A DNA stretch of 37,909 nt from Neolecta irregularis DAH-3 (Eukaryota), in NCBI GenBank assembly GCA_001929475.1, contig LXFE01004413.1, forward strand, positions 1 through 37,909, given 5' to 3'. The notes under the pieces are model-generated. The model had not been told where the DNA came from. It ran no database searches and saw nothing but the letters and a program-made list of their open reading frames with translations. Below, piece after piece: positions 24,537 to 35,847 of this stretch. Positions within the stretch are counted from its first letter, which is position 1. Each line of letters starts with the position of its first letter. The translations under genes were made by a program, and so were the position numbers.

Positions 24537-24970
24537 CTATTGCTGAATCGCGAAGTCTTCCATTTTCGATACAATGACAAACTGGACACTCGAATCTTCT
24601 AAAATGTTGATGTCATCCGGAGGCTGCGAGCCTTTTGCATGAATCTCAAAGACCAGGGCATATCGACCTGGCGTGGACATTGTGAGCGCCGTGTTCCACC
24701 ATTCCAAGGGGTCTGCATTAATGGTAGTAAGCTCGGTCTTATCAGGACCAACTAATCGATATTGTACAAATGCTGCTTGACCATAGACAGAGGGGTCCAT
24801 GTGAATTTTAACAAAAACCTCTTCGCCTTTTATCAGCGTCATCAAGCAATGGTGTTACCGGCTTCATATGGTTGAGGATTTGGTGATTCGATAAAATGGA
24901 GGAGGTTGCTGACTGAGAAAGGATAAGCAGCGAGCAACAAGAGGGAACTGGGTTTGAATGTATGAAACAT
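24537..24970 (-). CDS. Small secreted orphan protein (~133 aa), 1 intron; putative paralog of 25473-26057
   Basis: Hydrophobic N-terminus MFHTFKPSSLLLLAAYPFSVS; a 32-nt intron joins it to GEEVFVKIHM...WWNTALTMSTPGRYALVF. Confidence 0.55.
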
Positions 24971-25472
24971 CTAGAAGGGAGTATTGATAACCTTGCTTAT
25001 TCATTTGCGGAAGCTTGCAGTTCTAGTTCAACCGGACTCTGGGGCTAAGTGAAATGATAACCATTCTGCTATCGCATTCCTTGCGTTGTACTTTAAAACA
25101 AAGATATCCGTATTTTCTCGGGGTGTAAATCCCGGAATCAATTTTCCGGAGCTGCGGAAATATTGCCTTTCGTACGTCCAGTGGGGAGGTTTTGCTCAAT
25201 TGCTGACCGAAATTACTTGCTTGAGGATAGAGAGGCAGCTGTATTACTACAAAGGGAACTGCTGTAAGGAATTAGTGGGACTGAAGTCGCTTTCGCTTGA
25301 ACTAAAAAGAGAAGAATCTTGATTGCACGGTTTGGGTATTAATTCTTGGATTTTCAGGATGTGCGAGCATATAAATCCACCCACCTGCCCACTATCTTCT
25401 TACCTCTCTCTTACTGCCATCATCTTGCTCTTTGTGCACCTACTCTTCTTGGCTCCTTTATACATGCTTTCC

Positions 25473-26057
25473 ATGAACTTGATTCTTCTCTCTATCCTTT
25501 TTATAACTTCTACCACTTGTCTGACTTGGTCAGGCTATTCTCCTCGCCAGAATGCAACCTATCCACTAGGTTTTAGATAATCCGAAAACTTCGACTAACA
25601 GAAAGGGTTTCCAATTTCCGTATCTGTAGGGCTTGCAAATGTATCAAACCACGATATTGTACTTGCATATAATATTAACAATGGTTCTATTTTCACCGTT
25701 TGGGATACTAACTCTACCATTGTCAGTTCTTCATGGTGGAACTCGACAATCTACTTCAATAAAACAGGTCTGCAAAGTCTTGATTTCTTTTTCCTCGAAA
25801 TCTGTGAAGACGATGATGATATCAAAACTCCTGCTCAGCATGTATCTTTCTTCGTGAAAAATCAAACGAACGCAACGAATGTCACCGTCCCTGGTGGACG
25901 AAACACTTCAGAAGAAACAGTTTGGAAAATTGACGTAGAAAACGTATACAGACAAAAGAAATGCAAACCGAATTCGTCTAGTCAAAGTAAAGAAATTGTA
26001 CTCATGGGTTGGAAAAATATTCTTGGACTATTGGCCGTTGTTACCCTTGTCTTTTGA
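25473..26057 (+). CDS. Secreted, probably GPI-anchored N-glycoprotein, 1 intron
   Basis: Signal peptide MNLILLSILFITSTTC; many N-x-S/T sites; C-terminal NSSS...WKNILGLLAVVTLVF* resembles a GPI signal. Confidence 0.7.
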
Positions 26058-26252
26058 TAAGCCTTACGATGCCTACATGACGGCGAGGAAACTGACAGGA
26101 TATACGCAAGCACAATGGACATAACAGTATGAATATTATCAGTGAATTTCTTCTTTTGAATGTTCGCATATAAGCCATTCATTTTGTGCAGAAAACTTAA
26201 CCAGTTTTTCTGGGGTTTTAACGTTTTGTTGCATTTTCCACCGTCGTGCTCG

Positions 26253-26768
26253 CTATGTGACTGGAGCAACAATCATCTCTCCCACACCAACACAATCCTT
26301 CCTTTTTGTCTTAGAGTACACCTCGGCTAATGGGAATGCGTCTCGAACTGGAGGTGGGGCGGGTAAAGGATCCACTGGACATGCAACTGCAAACTGAACC
26401 TCTCCTTCTCCTACCAATTTATCTCCTTCAATTCGAAAGCGCCCCATTGTAGGGGAGCCGTCTGGGTATACTTGGAACCGAAGCGCCTCGTTTGAGTCTA
26501 AAATCCCTGAAGTATATGCATGTCGATTATCAGCGGTCGTTAAAATGCTGTCTCTAATATGGAATCTTGTTGGCTCGCCTTTCGTTTGTGCAGTACCCCG
26601 TTCAGTGACAGATACATACTATTCTTGTCTGTAGAAGCCTAAATGGAGAAATACAGCGCGAAAGAGTCCTGCCTGATGCGTTGGTGGGTTGAACAGAAGA
26701 TAAAATTCGGGAATGATGGCGACACCAAGAACAACTGGTAGGAGGCTGATTAGGGAAACAAAATGCAT
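26253..26768 (-). CDS. Secreted cell-wall-like protein with 2 Cys (PhiA/Cwp1-like layout), 1 intron
   Basis: Signal peptide MHFVSLISLLPVVLG; a 36-nt in-frame intron removes a stop; FHIRDSILTT, FRIEGDKL, FAVACP...DCVGV. Confidence 0.65.
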
Positions 26769-27142
26769 TTTTGACTTTGGATGTCTGGAAATTGAGGACG
26801 CACCATATTTTATAGTCATCCAAAGTCTTAACATTTATGTAAATACGCACCGCCACCGACATTTGAGGCCGTATCCAACTCCGCAAGTTACTTCGCCCAT
26901 GACCATGTTCTCGGTTTAGATTTATATACGAATTATCAAAGCGTCTCTTGAAGCAGGGAGAATCACGGCGGTTCACGCCCTATCGCAACCTTGAAGATAT
27001 TCTTTAGCCTAATTCAACATTATAGTTCTAAGAGGTTTCACCTCTAAAGTTCTTCTCTGGGCATTCGTCAAAGACAGTGGATTAAAATAACAAGCGTGCT
27101 TGATCGAGAGTAAGACCTCACAATTATTTATGTAATGTGAAT

Positions 27143-27988
27143 TTATTGGCGAGTTTCAAGATACCGATTGACTGCTCTACGAATCGCCCTTGCAGCCTCC
27201 AGTGTAACTTCTATCCCCTGATGCCCATTAGACTCTAGGTATGTAATTTCATCTCGGGCGGCCATATAACCTAGAACAGTCCAGTCTGTACATCCTTTTT
27301 CCTCTTCTTTCGTCAGGTCAATTTGATATTCGTTAGTATCCATTGTCTTTCGGTTAGTAGTCGTGGATAGCGCGAAATGTACACATTCTTTCAAAGCAGA
27401 TATACCGCAACTCATTCCGACAGTCAAATCCACACACTCAATGCCAGCGTCTGCAATAGCGAGAGAGGATGCAGTGATTGCATTACACAACGCAGCTCTT
27501 TCGCCGTCCCATGACAAGATCACAACAAAGATATCGATATGCGTTTTTGGGTAAAGGTTGGACATCACTGATGGTCCTATGGCTGAAAGCACCCGATTCG
27601 ATAATGATTTATCTTCCTAAAGTATTAGAAGAACTGAAGGGAAGCGTTATATGCCCGATGGTCTGGGCTTTTGACCCAACATGAAAGTTTTGCCTCCGGG
27701 GAATATGTCGACGATTGTCGTGGACCATGTACTGAGACGAATATCCTCGTGTTTTCAGATTCCAAGAAACATGAACCGTTTGAGGAGCTTAAAGGCGATA
27801 ATGCAAGGACTATCCGATCGTCAAAATTCAAATATCGAGAATCTTTGATGTTTACAAATTTTTCTGGGAACACTAGGCGGTCTTGCTCTTGTCGACTTGG
27901 GCTTACGAAACTGTAAATGCGACAACGACTCATATACTGGGGGTATAGAGTTTGCAGGCCCGTTTATGCGGCGTCGATCAGTAGTCAT
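27143..27988 (-). CDS. MTR3: Exosome RNase PH-like subunit Mtr3
   Basis: N-terminus MTTDRRRINGP typical of fungal Mtr3; NGSCFLE, VSVHGPRQ, LYPKTHIDIFVVILSWDG, ITASSLAIADAGIECVDL. Confidence 0.88.
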
Positions 27989-28276
27989 TTTGAATTAATA
28001 ACGGAGATGTAGGTGGAGTAAATTTGAAGTTACTTGCCCGACAACTTATCCAGTCCATCAAGGTTTACTGCAACTGATGATTTCAATATTATTATGATTC
28101 AAGAATAGGTCGTTTTCCATTGTGAGATTGAAAATATTAAGAGAATTTTTATGCATGAGTCAATATCTTTTTCATTGGACCAGGCCTTCCGGCACAAAAT
28201 GCAAGTCTGTGAGTCATTTAAAGAAATAAGACATTAGTTAGAAATGTATAAAAGGGCTATGCATCTTTACCTAAGT

Positions 28277-28339
28277 TTACACGTCTACAAGCTTAGATTA
28301 AGGTATGCAAGCTTACACGTCTACAAGCTTAGATTAAGG
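28277..28339. repeat. 27-bp direct duplication (period 36) upstream of the BTB gene
   Basis: ttacacgtctacaagcttagattaagg at 28277-28303 and 28313-28339. Confidence 0.9.
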
Positions 28340-28394
28340 AAATATAGCCTGATCTTATTGTACTCGAGCTTCAACACTTACATTTGTAGAGATC

Positions 28395-28967
28395 ATGTCA
28401 CTTTATCCAGATGATCTGATTACCTTCGATGTCAGAGGAAAATTGATACAGACAACTTTAACGACACTGAAGGCCCACCCCCAATCGTCTTTATATCGCG
28501 CTGTGGCTTTAGATGCAGAAAAACGATTATCACACCTAACCAGGTTCTTCATTGATCGTGATGCCGACATATTCGCCCTTGTACTACGATATTTCGATGG
28601 ATCAATCGCTGGATTTTCCGACCGTGAAAAACAGATCCTCCATCTTGAACTGCCTCATTACGAGATCTCTGCATCCAATCTGGGTCTTGATGATACAGTG
28701 GGAACGAAAACCACAGATGAAATAATATTCGTTTACCAGGAATCCATTGAGGGAGTTTTAAAATTCCCTACACTCAATTGCGGAATGCCTGATATGGATG
28801 CTAAGAGTATTATTAAACAGTACCTTGATCTTCCTGACAGAGTTCGAAAGGCGATTGAAAAACAGGTTCCTTGGATAACGGGGTCAAAGTGGAAACTGAA
28901 GTATGTCTCCAAAGAAGGCGAGAAGGATAAGCTTTACTGGATTTGCGCCTACAAAGAATCGACGTGA
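28395..28967 (+). CDS. BTB/POZ (KCTD/T1-type) domain protein, intronless
   Basis: LITFDVRGKLIQTTLTTLKAHPQSSL...FFIDRDADIFALVLRYF...ELPHYEI matches the KCTD-type BTB pattern. Confidence 0.85.
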   Translation: MSLYPDDLITFDVRGKLIQTTLTTLKAHPQSSLYRAVALDAEKRLSHLTRFFIDRDADIFALVLRYFDGSIAGFSDREKQILHLELPHYEISASNLGLDDTVGTKTTDEIIFVYQESIEGVLKFPTLNCGMPDMDAKSIIKQYLDLPDRVRKAIEKQVPWITGSKWKLKYVSKEGEKDKLYWICAYKEST

Positions 28968-29052
28968 TAGACCTTTATCAGAAATACTCGTTTGGTTAAA
29001 AACTCCTGACTGAATAAACATTCCCGATCTGAGATGACACGCCGATCTGAAG

Positions 29053-29164
29053 ACAACTTAGATTAACGACTGAACCTTGTTTTACATAAAACTGCTATTG
29101 ATGAAAGGGTCAGTTGACCCACTCATCGGATTCCAGGCACCTTTGCAATATGTTTACTACGTTG
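29053..29164 (+). repeat. ~112-bp direct repeat, copy 1 (partner 30103-30215)
   Basis: Hand alignment gives ~80% identity (acgactgaa, ttacataaa, ctgctattg, aaagggtca, tcggatt shared). Confidence 0.85.
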
Positions 29165-29837
29165 CTTGATAGTCGTAGCTAGTTCAAGCTGATCCCCCGA
29201 CTGGCCCCGTACACGTCAACAATTATAGCATCGCACTGGTAATTTTGTTTCAGGAATTACTGTGCTTCAAGAATAGGTGTTTGGAAATACCAACGCAATC
29301 TGTAAGACATAGGTCCAAGTCTTTTTCATTCCAACCAGAATTTTTTATCTAACAGCAAGTGTGAGATATGTGTAGATCTATCCAATTTAGCGCAAAAGGA
29401 ATATATTCTCCAGTCAATCCATATTCAAGTTGTGTACATCAGCGTCGTCCGAGAAACGAGACCACTAGATGCTTCAAAGAAACCTCAAGGCTTCCACTCC
29501 AGCCTTTGATTACAGTCAGCTGAAAGATGAAGGTCCACGCAAATACGGCAAGAGGCGTGGCATCAAATTGCGGCCTTCATGGCCGAATATAAACTTGTAA
29601 TCCTTCATGAACTCCTTACTATGGGATATCTACCTCCAAGCTGGGCCTGAATGAGGTGGGAGTGAGAACCTCGGAGGAAATAATTAACTATTACCGGGAA
29701 GCCTGTAAACAAGTGTGTTCATTTGTGTAGTCCAGAGGAAGATTGACGTGGATAATATTAGTGGGCTTAGTATACTATCTAGTAAACTAGGTGTCTTGCA
29801 GATATCCCTTTTTTCTACTACTGTTGATGCAATCTTT

Positions 29838-29954
29838 GAGTATCAAACCTTGGTGGTTCGTTCTCCGCTGAGCCTTAAGGCCGTATAACAGGTGAGTGGT
29901 CGTATGTAGTAATATTACTATACAGTATTAAGTCTAGTGCGCTAGCCGCGCCAG
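29838..29954. repeat. Dispersed ~120-bp hairpin-rich element, copy B
   Basis: Inverted homolog of 14179-14304. Confidence 0.85.
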
Positions 29955-30102
29955 GCTCTACTTCAAGCTCCCATTTCCGCCCAAGCTCTGTCTCCCCTCC
30001 CGGGTGGGGAGAGCTACATTGGCTCGTTGCGCCCTTCAGGCCGGATCCTGCCCTTAACGTCGTGTGGGGGCGTTTATGTGAAAATTTTCAAGGTTTGCCC
30101 TT

Positions 30103-30215
30103 ACAATTAAGGTTGACGACTGAAACCGTCTTACATAAAGCTGCTATTGCTGAAAAAGGGTCAATTAACCCCCTCGTCGGATTTCGGGTACCCTTGGAAT
30201 ATATTTGCTATGTTG
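30103..30215 (+). repeat. ~112-bp direct repeat, copy 2
   Basis: Aligns to 29053-29164. Confidence 0.85.
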
Positions 30216-30454
30216 ATTACGTTGATTTATTATTATTGGATGGAATTGCAATCCTCTACCGTTTCCTGAGAAGTTATAAACTCTGATATCACATGGGTTT
30301 AGGAGTACTTCAAGTTTTGACTTGCACAACGATATGAACGCAACTAGTGAGAATTATGTAAATAGACTTATCCCAGTACAAAAAAGAAACATGATACTAG
30401 TGCTGGAAACCAAGATGAAATGAGAAACAAGCATCTATCCAGCAATTTCAACAT

Positions 30455-31771
30455 CTACTGCAAAAGAGGATCCCTGTAGTGCTTTCTACAAATTAGCAAC
30501 AGTTTCAGAAAGGACAAACTGATGATTGTTTCTGAAAGCCATCATAGTCTTAAAGTCCTCCCTCCTCCGATGGTCGACAAAAGTGTTGATATGCTTCTCT
30601 GCCCATCTTCGCTGGGATGCACTAACTCCAATCATACTCAAGTCTCTGGCGGATGGCTTTCCATTTTTAATGGCTCGATGGGTATTGGTAGCATCCGAGA
30701 CCGGTGGACGCGAAAGATATTGACGATAATAGGTGCGTAATGAACGATGACCTAGTACGCGGCCAGAAGGGAGGGAAAGGGCATATGTGTCCGTCTGTAA
30801 TTGTCCGATATCTGAAGAATCGAGAGACGAATCATTGGATACTGATTCCCAATCTTCGCAATCTTCTCCTTCGATCGGGTTTTCAGTATCAGAAATGTCA
30901 TAAGATCCTCTAAAATCATAAAAATCACTAATTTCGAGCTGAGAGTTTTCGTCTTCATAGGCTATTTTGCAATGCGCCTTATCCACCTAGATCTTAGTCT
31001 AAAAGCTATAGGGTAGAAAGTAAACCATATGATTTCGAACACTCTCCAATGTTCGACATAATTTTTGGCAATATAGACAGACATTTCCGATTGCAACCTT
31101 TTCAGCCAAGTACCGCAAGAGACCAGGAAGATCGGTAAGAAAATTTGATTCGGGAATGAATAACCCGTGAAGGTTTTTCATGTGAGATGAATTTGCGTCA
31201 GGCGTTTCAGCTTTGTGAGTACAGAAGAGGCATTCTTCTGGGGACAACATGCAAGCATTTGCGAGTTTCTGAGTGATCTGGTCTTCGATTGAAATGTCTT
31301 CAGTTTCAGATTTAGTGATTTTTACAGGTTTAACCGCCACTGATGACAGATTGTCAGGACGGTCTTTGGAAAGCGATTTGTGCCTTTTAGAAGATAAATG
31401 ATTTGCATAGGCGTTTTCTGAGTAATATGTTTTTCTGATCATTAATATTAGCTACACATCGAAACAAACGAGCATGTTCTGCACTCGGCCACGAAGTTGG
31501 CTTTTTCAACTTCGGCGTTGGATTGATCTTGGGCAGCTGCCAGGTAAACGCTTACTCTTTTGAAGAGTGTTTACCAATGGCTTTTTGCGCAAATATTTCT
31601 GCAGTAACGGGAGGCATATCTGCAACTTTTCTTTTGAGATTATATCGATGCCAATCCTAGTTCTTAGATCATTTAAGCGAAAGAGGATACGGTTCTGTAA
31701 TGATCTCGCTGAAGATAAGGAGTATGAAAGCCGACTGAGCAAGCAAGACAAGTATATAGATGGGTAGTCAT
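30455..31771 (-). CDS. REI1: Pre-60S maturation factor Rei1/Reh1 (ZNF622 family C2H2 zinc finger)
   Basis: YTCLACSVGF...DWHRYNLKRKVADMPP, YANHLSSKRH, CLFC...HGLFIPE, CLYC...HMVDKAHCKI, LPSGRVLGHRSLRTYYRQ, C-terminal NHQKHYRDPLLQ*. Confidence 0.94.
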
Positions 31772-32974
31772 GGTGGAGTAAAAGAAAGATGAAAGTAGGG
31801 TGTATTGACGGAATTGACGGAATTAACAAAAAGAGGTGTGCCGCTCTTGGTAATAACTACGATCTACAAACTACTTTTTCGCGCGAAGGAAATATATCAT
31901 TCCAATATTAGCATCCCATATATAGACTGGCTCTTGCTGTACAATCGGCCTAAAATAATTTATGAAGCAGTAGGGCTTTTTCCCTGATCTTGAGTAGAAT
32001 AATTTCTTGGCTGCCCCACTGCATCAATACAAGTCTTCTGAGTTCAACTGGAGCATTATTGACGACAAGAACTAACAATATAAACAGGAATTATCGCAGC
32101 CTGCTTGTTAATTTCGCGACATACCATGGATAAAGGCTATACAAAAGAAGGACACAAAGGAAGGGACTAGTCAATGTAGCCAGCATTGGATCAACGAATT
32201 TCAAACTACCCTAATTCTTCTTCGAAGATTCTATTGCAACTAATCTCTGGGCAGGTTGGGCGAAGTTGATTACAGTCTCAAAGAAAGAGTGAAAATAGAT
32301 TGCCACCTTCTGGTTCAGATGGGTTATCTGAGGGGTTTTCCGGTAGGGAGTGCATCTTCATCGGTCCTTCTAACATTCCTTCCCTGTTGTAATTAAACAA
32401 AGAACAAAACCCCTCTTGATTCTGTGTCTAACTATAAAAGATATAGGGAGGTCATTTTAATTGCGCCTAAATGATCGCTATTGTTCGACCTATCACAACA
32501 AATGCCAGAAATAACTAGTGTTGATTGCAATCAAGGAGAGAGGAATTGCGTGGTTCGGAATATCAACGTTCGGGCCAATATAGAAGTTTTCTGAGATGGT
32601 TGGGCCAAGGTTCCATTAAATTAATTAGGGTGCGTTCACGAGCCACCAAAAAACAAAATCTCCATTTTCTAAAAGAGAGAATATTGAATTTTTCGGTGGA
32701 AATTAACATTTTGAGAACTTTAATTTGGCAGCCTTGGGCAAGGACCAAATGCGAGACGCGGGCAAGCGCTTCTTCCGATATCTCCAAAAAAAGAAACAAC
32801 CTGGATATTTGAAATTATCCCTTGCAAATGAATTAGAAATAAATTTATTAAGCAAGTTTCTGCACGATCAAGTTTGGATGGTTTTGTAATATAGACTCGC
32901 GCTAACTCGGTCTCGACTTTGATGAGCGCAGATGATTAACTGCAACACTCTTCACTGGCAGAAGAAAGAGCACA

Positions 32975-33430
32975 ATGCCCATTCTTCTTGCCGATTTGGC
33001 TGACCGGCGGGTAGACAATTTCTTTGATATGACAGAATCTCTTGTCGACGAAGAGCATCTCCTTCCAGTATATTCGGGATCCTCTCCTCCGCCATCATAT
33101 GTTGAGGTGTATTTTTCTGCTTTGAGAAGTAGTCTTCGTAGGAATGGCTCAGGTTTTCGTCCCAAGCTTGCAAAAGCGATCTCAGATGCGAGACGGTTGG
33201 AATTACAGGGTTTGACCAAGGTCTCTTGTCTTTCAGGAGGGATAGTCCTTTGTTACATCATTCAATTGGCGATTGTTATGCCGTTGGGTATGCAAAGTAG
33301 GTTGCACTGGGCTGTCTGGTTTGTACCTTTCATCGCAGGAGTTATAACTGGTGGTTTGGTATATTGTCTTATCGTTGAAAGGATTGTTGAGAGTTATTTA
33401 TTGGAACAGGATCAGTTGTATAGAACCTGA
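32975..33430 (+). CDS. Hypothetical membrane protein (last exon; upstream exons probably in 32500-32900) with a PPxY motif and two C-terminal TM helices
   Basis: LPVY and PPPSY motifs; hydrophobic GGIVLCYIIQLAIVMPL and WAVWFVPFIAGVITGGLVYCLIV segments. Confidence 0.55.
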   Translation: MPILLADLADRRVDNFFDMTESLVDEEHLLPVYSGSSPPPSYVEVYFSALRSSLRRNGSGFRPKLAKAISDARRLELQGLTKVSCLSGGIVLCYIIQLAIVMPLGMQSRLHWAVWFVPFIAGVITGGLVYCLIVERIVESYLLEQDQLYRT

Positions 33431-33530
33431 AAATGTGATCTCAAGTCTCTGTCTCTAACCTGCTTAATCCTTTATACAGGCAAGTTAACTGTTGTAGCGT
33501 AACAGTAGGTTGGAGCAAAAGGCTCAGAAC

Positions 33531-33626
33531 TGCGCCAGTCGGGAATCGAACCCGAGTCGTGCGCATGTTGGGATTCGTAGTTAAATCCGCTGGCAAGCGC
33601 ACAGTATACCACTAACCCACTGGCGC
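33531..33626 (-). tRNA. tRNA-Gly(GCC) with a 25-nt intron
   Basis: GCGCCAG/CTGGCGC acceptor stem, AGTGGTA D-loop, TGCGC-TT-GCC-A[intron]T-GCGCA anticodon arm, TCGGG-TTCGATT-CCCGA T-arm. Confidence 0.95.
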
Positions 33627-33775
33627 TTTACTCATATATCACGGGATCAGCAATGGCAAAATAATGCTATCGAAATTGAACTAGTGAATTGAATCTGTCA
33701 CATGCAGGTTGTAGTTAATGTTTATAGGAGTTGTAGCTTAGTTGTAATAAATTTGGTTGGTTATTGGTGAGCGCG

Positions 33776-34051
33776 GTGGTATTGGCTTCCGGATCTTGCA
33801 GATCTGACTACAGAAGAGAATAATACAATTGGCTATCTGTCATGAGAGGAAACGGGCCTCCTTTCATAACCATTGCTGGAAAGGCGGCCCTACAGGTCTA
33901 TGTGGGGAGAAACAAGGAAAGACAATATTGAGACAGGGTGGCGGGTCAACTAGTGCAACCGCTGAGAGCTGTGGCACTCCTGACTTCCTAGGTAAGAGAT
34001 CTATAATAGTAATTGAAATAAGCAGAGACTGAGAGGAGAGACGGAGGCAGC
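33776..34051 (+). mobile_element. Long inverted repeat, left copy (TIR or solo-LTR-like; possible TG...CA limits ~33696/33719-34076)
   Basis: Reverse complement of 36632-36893, with perfect blocks of 46 bp (gggcctcctttc...ctacaggtct) and more than 30 bp (gagaaacaaggaaagacaatattgagacagg). Confidence 0.85.
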
Positions 34052-34424
34052 GTAAGAAATTCGCAATTGTTTAACATATCTGCGTGATAGAAAACGACCA
34101 GGGCCTTCTCGACTCCCGCCATACGGTAGCTAGATATATTACTCACCTTGTTACCAATGATGAAGGACGATCAACGTCACACATTAGACCCGAGAGAACA
34201 GAATCGGTATTCTTGTTCACAGGGATTTCAGCTGTATACCTGAGAAATCAGTGAATTGTTAGCTCCAGCGATCTCGGTGATACGGAAACAATGCTGGTCA
34301 CCGGTATTAATTAAACTTTCGTTGAATAAAAGAGTCACTTGGTCCAGTAATATGTACCAGTTATACAACCATCTATAACATCACATCTACAGCTTGATAA
34401 AGATATACATCTATTATGTCAGGA

Positions 34425-35847
34425 TTATACGTCACCTGTAGGCCCATCGTCTGAGTAAAATATGCCTTTCCGCCTAGTGAGTTTGATTTGTGGACGCGTC
34501 CCTTCCTCAGGATTGCGTGGCTCTGACTGTTGTGAATTTCTGGAAAATTCCTCGTTTTCTGGGGAATTTGTGTGATGCCGTGTGATGATTTTCTCGGGTA
34601 GGCGAGATTTCTTGGATTTGTGAAATCGCGTTGGGATTGGCGATTTTCCGGGGGTAGAATGATCCACGGGTTCGACAGGATTTGTCAATTGGACGTTCTT
34701 TGTAGCATCAATTTTCATCGACATGAACTGGGGCAGCAAAACCCTTGCCTTTGTCCTGGTTTTATAAACTTTCTTTGATATTGGCGATTTTCCGGGGATA
34801 GAATGATCCACGGGTTTGACAGGATTTGTCAATTCGACGTCCTTTGTAAGGTCAACTTTCATCGACATGAAGTGGGGCAGCGAAAATCTTACCTTTGTCA
34901 CAGCGGAGAGTAGACTTTCTGGGAGAGAAGATGCCTTCAAATTTGCTACATATGATTCGTATGCAGACCTAGAAATTTGGCTTGTCAAGGTCGCCTGAAC
35001 ATGAGATTTCTGACTACCAGAGATTGATGACGAATGATAGTGTGGCTTTCCAAGTCGCTCTTCGTTAATCAAATGCGTGGGGATATCGGATTTTTGAGGA
35101 GATTGGAAGGAGGACGATTCATTATCTGATTGATATGATTCGTAATCAAGTCCAGAATACTGGTGAGAATCGGGTCTACTAGAGGAAGTTGAGGCATATG
35201 ACTGAGGATCGGTGTTCGAGCGGGATCGGGGACTGACAGAGGAAGGAGCTTCTATGATTGCAAATCTGGCTCTTTGTATATGTTTAGGGGGAGTCCCAAC
35301 TTCGTCTATAGGGGTACCTGGCGTAAACTCCCGAGGACTCGGCCGAGGAGTGAGAAAAATCGCACTAGTAGGATTGTAACGAAATGATCTACGACGACTA
35401 GGATGATCAGCAGGAAATAAAAACAGAGAAAGGACTTGTAAGCGTAGATGTCAGTAATCTCAAAGCCGGTCTGTTTCCGGCCGTCGTTATCGAAATCAGC
35501 CAAGTCGTGTGCATGATTGTAGCTGGGGCAGGTCAGAAAGTCTGAGGGGCAGTAATGTACAGCAGACACCGCCAGGCGCCGTTGGGCAGAGTTTGGTCTT
35601 TGTAATGGTACAGCTGGAAGGACCAGCACTTGTAGTGGTCGCAGCTGCTTATACCACACTTGGTCAAGAGGTCATTGTCGAAGGGCAGCTCGAGGACTGC
35701 GAGTAGGCCCTCGTCGTTATGGCGATAAGTATGAGGATCGCGGCCTTTGACGGTCTCGCAAAATATTTCGGAGGGTGAGGTGTTGAAGACAATGGCGACG
35801 GCGACGGCGAAAACAGCATGGAAAAGAAGGCAGAAGAAGTGGAGCAT
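34425..35847 (-). CDS. Secreted protein (448 aa): signal peptide, Cys-rich PAN/apple-like domain, long S/P/K/R-rich tail with a 48-aa internal repeat
   Basis: Two 38-nt GT-AG introns with CTGAY branch points (35523-35560, 35398-35435) join three segments into one 1347-nt frame; C-x4-C-x4-C-WSF...CLLY pattern; DNA duplication 34636-34737/34780-34881. Confidence 0.7.

Noticed and set aside
29907..29938. Helitron 3' end (palindrome TAGTAATATTACTA followed by CTAG-T)
   Set aside because: The hairpin is AT-rich and not conserved in copy A, and homology continues past the CTAG.
14179..29954. A 15.8-kb composite element bounded by the two inverted hairpin elements
   Set aside because: The interior holds conserved housekeeping genes, the copies are substantially diverged and there is no TSD. 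Independent insertions are more likely.
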